A stretch of DNA of 64,000 nt from Octopus vulgaris (taxonomy: Eukaryota), in the NCBI GenBank assembly GCA_951406725.2, contig OX597838.1:7688001-7752000 (forward strand), in the 5' to 3' direction. The stretch's first letter is position 1. Each line of letters starts with the position of its first letter. Below the pieces are notes generated by a model. It saw only the letters and a program-made list of their open reading frames with translations, was not told where the DNA came from and made no database searches. The position numbers and the translations under genes were made by a program. Positions 55,262 to 64,000 of this stretch are shown here, in pieces.

Positions 55262-55820
55262 CGTAAATATAAGAGAGTTAACGTTAAATAGGTTAACTCT
55301 AGAGTTAACCTATTTAACGTTAACTCTCTTATATTTACGGATAAATATGTATTGTCTCCCTGGTTTATTGTGCTAGGTCGCTTGGTGTTGAAATAAGGGT
55401 ATTATTAAATTAAAACAAGGTTGAAAGAATAGTACTCGAATACCAGAGGTAGAGTAATAACAGTTTTTGCGATATTTTTGCATTTTTCAATAAAGTATAT
55501 ATATGTGTATATATATATGTATTGAATGGCTATAACAAAGGTGTTTCAATGACCAAGTTTCGTCAAGGTACATGTCAATCAAACATAAACATAAATATAT
55601 ATACAGATGTGTATATATGTGTGTGCGTGCGTGTGTGTTTGTGTGTTTGTGTGTGTGTGTGTATACACAACAAGGGACTTTTCTCTTTCATACTTCTAAA
55701 TCCCTTCACAAGGCCTAGTGTAGCTCGAATCTATAGTCGTTAATATCCGACCATGGTGCCATGCAGTGAGACTGAACCAGGATCCATGACGTTGGAATGC
55801 TCACAACCAATGCTACCCCT
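54985..55820 (-). mobile_element. Old SINE C whose internal microsatellite has expanded and acquired insertions
   Basis: 3' half at 54985-55120 and 5' half at 55665-55820 (ggtgccatgcagtgagactgaacc). Confidence 0.5.
55261..55340. repeat. Perfect 80-bp palindrome, no spacer
   Basis: ccgtaaatataagagagttaacgttaaataggttaactct followed by its exact reverse complement. Confidence 0.95.
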
Positions 55821-55948
55821 ATATGTAGATGTGTGTGTGTGTATGTGCGTGCACGTTTGTGCGTGTCTGTCTCTGTGTGTATGCATAAAGGGGTTCCGAC
55901 TATTGTTCAATGAATACAGTAGTAGTGCGAGTCGTTGTCGTCGTCTTT

Positions 55949-56000
<52 letters not shown>

Positions 56001-56161
56001 TTGTAGTAGTATTAGTAACAGCAGCAGCAGCAGTAGTAGTAATAGTAGTGGTGGTGGTGGTGCTGGTGCTGGTGGTGCTGGTGCTGGTAGTAGCAGTAGT
56101 GGTGGTGGCGGTAGTAGTAGTTGTGGTAGTGGTGGTGGTTGTGGTCGTGGTGGTGGTGGTG

Positions 56162-56226
<65 letters not shown>

Positions 56227-56407
56227 TGGTGATGGTGGTGGTACAGCAACAATAGAAGTACACAGAAGTACACTTGCTGTAGCAGAATTAGGAGTGGGCG
56301 TATTAAAACAACTAACTTTGGTTAAGAATATGATTATGTCGAAAGCAGAATTTTAGAGTCGTAAATATAACGATAAAAATTAAATAAAAAAAAAAACAAA
56401 GACAAAA

Positions 56408-56408
<1 letters not shown>

Positions 56409-56480
<72 letters not shown>

Positions 56481-56629
56481 GTAATAATGATAATAACAAT
56501 AATAATAATAATAACAATAATAATAATAATAATGATGATAATAATAATAATGATGATAATAATAATAATAATATAAATAATAATAATAATAATAATAATA
56601 TAAATAATAATAATGATAATAATAATATA

Positions 56630-56699
<70 letters not shown>

Positions 56700-56701
56700 T
56701 A

Positions 56702-56775
<74 letters not shown>
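56409..56775. repeat. (AAT)n array
   Basis: Directly visible. Confidence 0.97.
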
Positions 56776-57299
56776 TCGTGATGATCATGATGACAGTGAA
56801 AACGTTATTGCAATATTTGGTCGATAAAATGACAAGAGAAAATAAAATATGGCCGATATGGAATTCTTTTGATATTTTTCCGTGGGTCATATTTATTGGC
56901 GCCTCTTCTGCATTTGTATTTACGTAAGGAAATAACCGATTCTTCAGAGCTGTTCCCATCTGTTGCAGAGCCACACATGTGTTTGATGTTCGCAATTCAT
57001 TTCAATAAACAGTTAATATTTCAAAAGAATTTTCTGATGCTAGAATCGGTCAAAGGTCGAGCGATTACAGTTTTAAAGTTTGTGAATTATAAAGGAATTT
57101 GTAAAGGTTCAAATTCTTTGCGAATGGTACCCAGAACCTGTTTTCTCTTTTTAGAGAGTTTTCTTTCTAACTGAAATTTATGTGAATACAACAGTTTACC
57201 GATGTGTGTGCGTTAGTCAAGATTTTCTGCTTGTGTATGTGTGTATATACGTGATTGCTTGAATTACATTTTCTTCTCTCTCGAGGTCTCAGTGGATTA

Positions 57300-57352
<53 letters not shown>

Positions 57353-58355
57353 GGACAGAGGGTGGGGTAGATAGATATATGTATGTATTTATATAATCTC
57401 ATTATAAAATTTTAAAAAACACAAATCTCGTAAATGTGGTTACCATGGGTTTCCTGGGCGAAATAATTTATCCCGCTATTTATCAAGCTGAAAACAAGAC
57501 CGTTTGTCAGTTGTCTTTTTGAGTAGATAATGTTTAAACGAGAGACTCTTGTTAAGAAGAACAAAAAAGAAAAACATAAGGGAAATAACCGACGACATCG
57601 AGCAGATGTAAACCAGATGTTATTGTTTACTGAGTGTCCAGTGACCCGCTTTAAAATTCCGACGAGATGTATTTCTTGTAATGCGGAGATTCAGAAAAGA
57701 TCTCGTTCCTGAAATTTATATATTCATTGAAGGTTCTCAAATTTTTTAAGAGAACACACTGAACATTCAGATAGGGTCCGGATTTAAAAAGAATTTTCTA
57801 TTTAATATCAAAAATAGTCCCTTCGTCTTTAAGGCTGGCAAATATAATATTAATTGCATTTGACAGTTTTCCTCTGCTCAGAATGACCTGACATAACCTA
57901 ACAAATCCATTGGAATTTATATTATTATACACACCGACTACATTACTTGGATCTGTTACGTAAGAATGTGGATGAAGCTAGCGTACGGTGCAGAAATAAA
58001 TGTTGAGATCTACTATGAAAACCTGATATCCCCCATCCTCATGTTATATTATTATTAATTTTATGCAAAGAGGCGTTTCACTTGTGTATCCAGCACAGAG
58101 ATTCTGATGATAGAATCGCTCAAAATTTGAGTGATTATAGTTTTTAAGTTGCTGTGTTTATATTCAAATACCATTATAGATCATTTCTTTATAATTACTA
58201 CATATTTTTCAGCCGTGTATTAGTGCTTTATCGGGGGGATTACGATTAATTCTTGTCGGCTTTTTTTCTGAATACTCTGGGTATACAATGTATATTACTT
58301 TTATCCAATCAAATTATCATATTCCAGGTGGATGAAAGCATAAACATACAAGTAA

Positions 58356-58738
58356 AAGGATAAAGTCCCGCTTCGGTCACGAATGGTGTTGGGATTGCAC
58401 CTAGAAAATTTCCCTTCGAGGCACAAGTTCCGGAAACTTTGTTTATCGAGGACCAGCAGTCACCCATACATACCGGCCACCCCGTTCCACGCCACAGATG
58501 TTATCCAAGGAAAAGGCAAAGGCCCGTTCCACGCCACAGATGTTATCCAAGGAAAAGGCAAAGGCTGATACAGCTTCGCGCCAGTGACGATGCGACTCAG
58601 TCCTACAGCTGAGTGAACTGTGGCAATGTAAATTAAAACGTTTTGCTCAACAATATAACATAGTGCGGACCGGGAATCGAACGCACTACATCATGTTCGC
58701 GAGTCCGACGCTCTAACCACTGAGCCATGCACCTTCAC
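58356..58738 (-). mobile_element. CORE-type SINE family D, full length, internal 42-bp tandem duplication
   Basis: TSD aaac(a/g)tacaagtaa at 58342-58355 and 58739-58752; cccgttccacgcc...aaagg at 58481 and 58523. Confidence 0.9.
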
Positions 58739-59288
58739 AAACGTACAAGTAATATTACAATAGCAGCGGCAACAACTATAACAGTGAGAGACAATGCAAC
58801 CTTCAGGATGCTCATAGTATAAAGAAAATATGAAAAAATAATATCAAAAGTAATCTTATTTGAATGAAATTTTAATATATATATATATATATAGGAAGAA
58901 GAAAAATTGACTTTTACGAAGTACACAATGAAGTGAGTTATGTGTTTTAAAGGAAACAAATGAAATAAAATAAAAATAAATATTTTAAAATTGCAAGAAC
59001 AGTTAAAACGTCCGGAAAAATCCAACAAGAGTTAAAGGTGTTTATTGCACCCGTTGAAGCCGTTGTTGAAAGATTTCCAGCTTTAGAAGGATTATAAAGA
59101 ATAATCTTCTATAATGTTCCATGAATATTCTGAAATTCAGCGATTTAAAGCTGGCGGATGCGTGGTGCAGAAACAAATGTTGTGATCTACATTTAAAGTT
59201 TGATATCCTACATTCTTGTGTTATATTATTCTCGTGCATGTGTGTGTGTGTGTGAATGTATTTATCACATACACACACATACACAAAT

Positions 59289-59335
<47 letters not shown>

Positions 59336-59642
59336 GTTTAAGCGTAGATTCATTGAGAGACAGAATGAGAGAAACAGAGACAAATGAAAAATATTAGTGA
59401 AAGGTGAATAAAGTTTAGAACCTACAGCGATGTAATATTTGAATATGAGAAACAAAAAGAAAATTTTCGAACAATTTCTTCCTTTCTTTTTTTTTTTAAG
59501 AATCACCAAATATAATTATGTTTCTGTTGAACTGGAAAGAAAAGTATCCGAAGAATTTGCACTTAATTGCCTTCTTAGATTCCTTAGGGCAGATGGAATA
59601 TCGTGTCTCAGTCTAACTGCTCTAGTGTAGAAAATTTCAGGT

Positions 59643-59686
<44 letters not shown>

Positions 59687-60173
59687 GTGTGAGTGTACGT
59701 GGGGGGGATTGTGTGCGCGTGTATAACGGTGTACATGTGTGAGTGTATATGAGCTTCTGTGTGTCTCAACACATATTACGTATATATATATATATTACGT
59801 ATATAATAAATACACATATATAAACATGTATATATATATATATATATCTGTATGCTTATATGTGCATACATATGTGTATATATATAAGCAACCATACAAG
59901 CATATACAAATAAGTAGAAGAATATAGATCTGTACACGGAAACGCACACGTATGTATGCAGATAAATATATAAGCATATGCATGTATATGTATACTCACA
60001 CACACATAGGAACATACGTACCTACATGCTTACATACGTATAGACATAGACACATACATGAGTAAGTACATACACACATAGATATATACATACATATATA
60101 CATACGTAGCCTGAGAAAGAGATAGAAAGAGAGAGAAAGCGTCTTGTATACATACATATACATACACACACGT

Positions 60174-60257
<84 letters not shown>

Positions 60258-60639
60258 CTTTCTTTGTTGACCACACAGTGCTGAACAAGGAGGGCTGAAC
60301 ACAGATACAAATGTAGAGCTCTTCTTTTCGAAAATGAAAAAGAAAAAGGGGGGGAACAAGTAATATTCCAATGAAAAGGGGTCGTGACAATGAACAAAAA
60401 GGCGATCTAAAGGGATCGTGTGTCACAGAAGAAATATTTAAAATATAAGAAGCGTGATTACGTTTATCAGTGGAAAGAAAAGCCTACGGAAAAGACCACG
60501 GTAACCTCAGCCATTGAGGGAATAAACGCATGAAAGGAAAGAGAGAGAGAGGAGAGCCAACATTTTCAAATATGCGTTCAGCAGAGTGATGGGCGTGAAG
60601 TTATCTATTACGTTGCCCTTGTTTGGATCTTTCTTTGGC

Positions 60640-60640
<1 letters not shown>
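60258..60640 (-). mobile_element. Tx1/L1-like LINE, RT fragment fused to 3' UTR, in (TCTA)n
   Basis: KKDPNKGNVIDNFTPITLLNAYLKMLA (NxRPITLLN motif); shares ggaaagaaaagcctacggaaaagaccacggtaacctc with the 60680 copy. Confidence 0.75.
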
Positions 60641-60678
<38 letters not shown>

Positions 60679-60679
60679 T

Positions 60680-61441
60680 GTTTCTTTATTAGCCACACAG
60701 GGCTGCACACAGATAGAACAAATTACAAGGTAGAGCTTTTCTTTTGAAGGTTTAAAAAAAAAAAAAAAAAAGGAAGGGTGAGTTTCGATCAAAAGGGATC
60801 GTAAAAGGAGAGAAAGAGGACAAAAAAGGGGGGTTAAAAAAAAGGGGGAGAGGAAAAAAAAAAAAAAATTTGATCAATAGGGATCGTTATCACAGAAATG
60901 TCAATATGAAGTGTAAAGGGGAGGACAGGTGAGGTTTACCCGTGGAAAGAAAAGCCTACGGAAAAGACCACGGTAACCTCGGTCAATGGAGTCACATGTT
61001 ATATTTCTTTTTTTTTTTTTTGCAAATAAGCAACTCTCTGTTTTCAATTTCTGGGTTCATAGGATCATGTTCAAGGTGGCTTCGTCATTCATACGTGCCA
61101 TTCTTGCTACATTCACCCATCTTTTTTTAAAACATTCGCTAGACAAAACTTGCCTCTCTACTCTCACTTTCCTTTTCAAGTGGTACTTGAAGAAGTTGAT
61201 GAGAGATTGACCAGAGAGGAAAGTGTTTGTCTCCAATCCTTTCAGACGCGTCTACCAGATACATTCTTTCGCCATAGCCACAAGGATGATGAAAATAGCT
61301 CTTCCTTCCCGTTTGAAGGAGGGAGGCGTGACAATATTAACGATAGACTCAGCTGATAAACCGACTCGTCCCACACGTGACAGCAGTTGTTCGACACAAG
61401 CCCACAAGTCGGAAATTGTTGGACACTGCACGAGTGCGTGC

Positions 61442-61443
<2 letters not shown>
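60680..61443 (-). mobile_element. 5'-truncated Tx1/L1-like LINE (ORF2 C-terminus plus 3' UTR) in (TCTA)n
   Basis: 61443 to 61057 reads LHALVQCPTISDLWACVEQLL...AKECIW*TRLKG...FKKRW...NMIL*, the H-x4-C half of a CCHC knuckle and a K..IW..R motif; aataaa near the 3' end; GATA repeats both sides. Confidence 0.8.
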
Positions 61444-61472
<29 letters not shown>

Positions 61473-61524
61473 AGGCTGAGCATCTGTGTATAAATGAAGA
61501 AAGAGTACTCGATATAAGTACTTA

Positions 61525-61560
61525 AAATAGACGTTTCGCATACACTTGCTTCATCAATCC
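61525..61560 (-). ncRNA. Degenerate minimal hammerhead motif
   Basis: Minus strand TTGATGA-a-gca agtgta tgc-GAAA-CGTC; C3U change, poor stem I. Confidence 0.4.
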
Positions 61561-61727
61561 GTTCTCCCTGGTTTAAGTTTGGTAATATTGGCAACCCCAA
61601 AGAGCATTTCTGTATAACTGGTATCTTGGAGAGGTATATCCAAAACGGAGAACACTCTTCGTGGTAAAACACCAGCTGTACTCTCTGGCATCGCATGTAA
61701 CTGGTATATAACGTGTCACTGGTACAT

Positions 61728-62092
61728 GGAAGCACTCCGTCGGTTACGACGACGAGGATTCCGGTTGATCCGAATCAACGGAACAGCCTGCTCGTGAAAT
61801 TAACGTGTAAGTGGCTGAGCACTCCACAGACACGTGTACCCTTAACGTAGTTCTCGGGGATATTCAGCGTGACACAGAGTGACAAGGCCGGCCCCTTTGA
61901 AATACAGGTACAACAGAAACAGGAAGTAAGAGTGAGAGAAAGTTGTGGTGAAAGAGTACAGCAGGAATCACCACCATCCCCTGCCGGAGCCTCGTGGAGC
62001 TTTAGTTGTTTTCGCTCCGGTCTGGGAATTGAAACCGCGATCCTATGACCGCGAGTCCGCTGCTCTAACCACTGGGCCATTGCGCCTCCACT
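61728..62092 (-). mobile_element. SINE family B
   Basis: Reverse complement of 25838-26227; TSD actggtacat at 61718-61727 and 62093-62102. Confidence 0.92.
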
Positions 62093-62571
62093 ACTGGTAC
62101 ATAATATTCTGCTGTAGATATTTAACAATTTTGATATCTACAGCATTTTTAGGGACTGTACCTCACAAACTTACATTTAATCATGTATTCATATGTAATA
62201 CACATATTTTGTCTTCTATCCCCGGTACTTTTAAGATTTTTCTCATTTCTTTATATTCCAATAATTCTAATTTCTTTGTGATTGCAGCAGTGTTTGGTGT
62301 TCTGCTATGTTCCCGATGTGACTCTCGAAAGGACTCGTTTTACAAAGAATGTGAACAGACTCCACCGGCACCCAGCCCATGCCCTCAGCACTCTCATAGC
62401 CTTTACTGTTCGATTGTAAGAGAAACCGATCCTAACGGTGAGTAAAGACATATTCCTGGCATTATTGGAACCAATCGGGTGAAATAGTTACATGCAAGAA
62501 TATTTATAATTTATAGCTAAGGACTGAGCCACGCACTTTATCGCTTGCGATTCATTACACACACAAGCAAA

Positions 62572-62612
<41 letters not shown>

Positions 62613-62910
62613 TAATTAAAAAAATGATAATAATCCCTAGATGGAATTTATAACTAACGTAATGCATCACTATATATATATATATATATATATCCATTAC
62701 AAGGAAACAACCATCTCTTATAAGGATGTATAACATCCAGTTTTCACTGGTTAACTTGTAATACCCAATATCGTAGAATAAGTTTCCCTAATACGAACGG
62801 CTGTATATACACAATATGTAATAATAAAGGGGAACGGAGAGTTTAACCTGATATATGTTAATTTGTTAACATATTATTATTATTGTTATTATTATCATTA
62901 TTATTATTAG

Positions 62911-63196
62911 AACTTAGATAAAACTTAGATATGTTTCGACCAGAGATTGGTCCAGGCCATGTCTAACTTAATAGCACCACCTGATAGGATTATTCGAATC
63001 CTGTTTAAGTCAAGTTTTGTTCAAGTAGTGAGTCCTTGTTGGGTGAGTTGTATCCAGTTTTGTTCAAGTAGTGAGTTCTTGTTGGGTGAGTTGTATCCAA
63101 TTATGGGTGGCTTATCTGGTATTCTTTGAAGGAATCTATCCAGACTCTGTTTAAAGTTGATGGGATCCTTTTCCTCTTTGATCTCCCTCGGGACAA

Positions 63197-63200
<4 letters not shown>
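62911..63200 (-). mobile_element. CR1-type LINE 3' end with internal 43-bp tandem duplication
   Basis: NIVPREIKEEKDPINFKQSLDRFLQRIPDKPPIIGYNSPNKNSLLE; duplicate units at 63013 and 63056; 3' stem-loop and short tail repeats. Confidence 0.75.
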
Positions 63201-63259
<59 letters not shown>

Positions 63260-63264
63260 GATAT

Positions 63265-63360
63265 AAACCCTACAACTGTTTCGACTCAAGTCCCAAAAAC
63301 TGGAAATTTATAAAAATTCATATTATGGAAGTATTTTGAGTAAGAATCTCATCAGGGTTA
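63265..63360 (-). ncRNA. Type I hammerhead ribozyme with long stem II
   Basis: Minus strand aacc-CTGATGA-GATTC...GAGTC-GAAA-CAGTTG-TA-gggtt; 5-bp stem II base, near-palindromic stem III, GTA triplet 63273-63271. Confidence 0.65.
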
Positions 63361-63928
63361 AACGGGAAGAAAATCACATAAGTTTGAAATCGTAAAACAA
63401 ACTGATTCAATATATGTTTATGTTTGTAAGCGTGAACGCCAATAATTAAATGTTTAGAAAATAATAAAATCATATAGAATAAAGTAAATTTCTGCGCGTT
63501 AGCGTTTTATAACAGAATCAATCCGTTATTAATCTTTTGTCAAACAGTAAGTATTCACTTTCATTTCTATACTGTTAAGAAAATTACTACACGCAGAAGA
63601 AAATTTTCTTAATAATATTACAATTAATATTTTAAATTATACTATAGTCATTATTAATCATTTATTACCCATACTAATGTGTACGTGAAGAATTTAATCA
63701 AAATTTATTTAGTTTTGTTAAAAAGGAAATAAACTCATATAAATATATTATATGTAAGTATCTATACGTTCGGAAGAAATAAAAGAACCGCAAAACACGT
63801 ATTATCATAAAATAAATTTACTAAAAAAAATTTATAAAGGAACCCCATTCTTTAGTATTTTCATAAAAATTTATTCAGAAAAATACCCTAATCCTCATCA
63901 AGCCTACACTTAACAACGTAAACATCTT

Positions 63929-64000
63929 TTGATTTAGTCTGTTTCAGAATTTCAAACTTCTCATATGTGATTTTCGCCCGAGTTACACTGATGAGACTAT
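63929..64000 (+). repeat. Inverted copy of 63344-63411 leading into a second hammerhead core, cut by the window end
   Basis: atttcaaactt...atgtgattttc...ccg..tta.cCTGATGAGA; CTGATGA at 63988-63994. Confidence 0.65.

Noticed and set aside
62928-62956. Hammerhead (stem followed by GAAAC on the minus strand)
   Set aside because: No CUGANGA; better explained as the CR1-type 3' stem-loop

Overview
Eukaryotic, AT-rich, microsatellite-dense intergenic or intronic DNA. The repeat families resemble those I recall from Octopus (coleoid cephalopod); this assignment is from memory, not from a search. I can support no intact host protein-coding gene. Almost all ORFs in the track are translations of (TA)n, (CA)n, (GATA)n, (GGAT)n, (AAT)n, (GAT)n and (GGT)n arrays. 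The non-microsatellite sequence is mostly mobile DNA: four tRNA-derived SINE families (A-D, several with clear TSDs), R4/Dong-like RLE LINE relics, a Tx1/L1-like LINE, CR1-type 3' ends, a DD37D Tc1/mariner relic, hAT-type MITEs, and Penelope-like repeats with hammerhead ribozyme (HHR) motifs. The most notable observations are: (1) two microsatellite-targeting retroelement systems, a Tx1-like family found only in (TCTA)n and an R4/Dong-like LINE plus a non-coding partner found in (TAA)n; (2) several type I hammerhead ribozymes, including a near-intact one at 21496-21567 and a divergent inverted pair at the window end; (3) a SINE that occurs as one head plus exact 184-bp concatemers with the same junction at independent loci; (4) a perfect 80-bp palindrome and several local inverted duplications.
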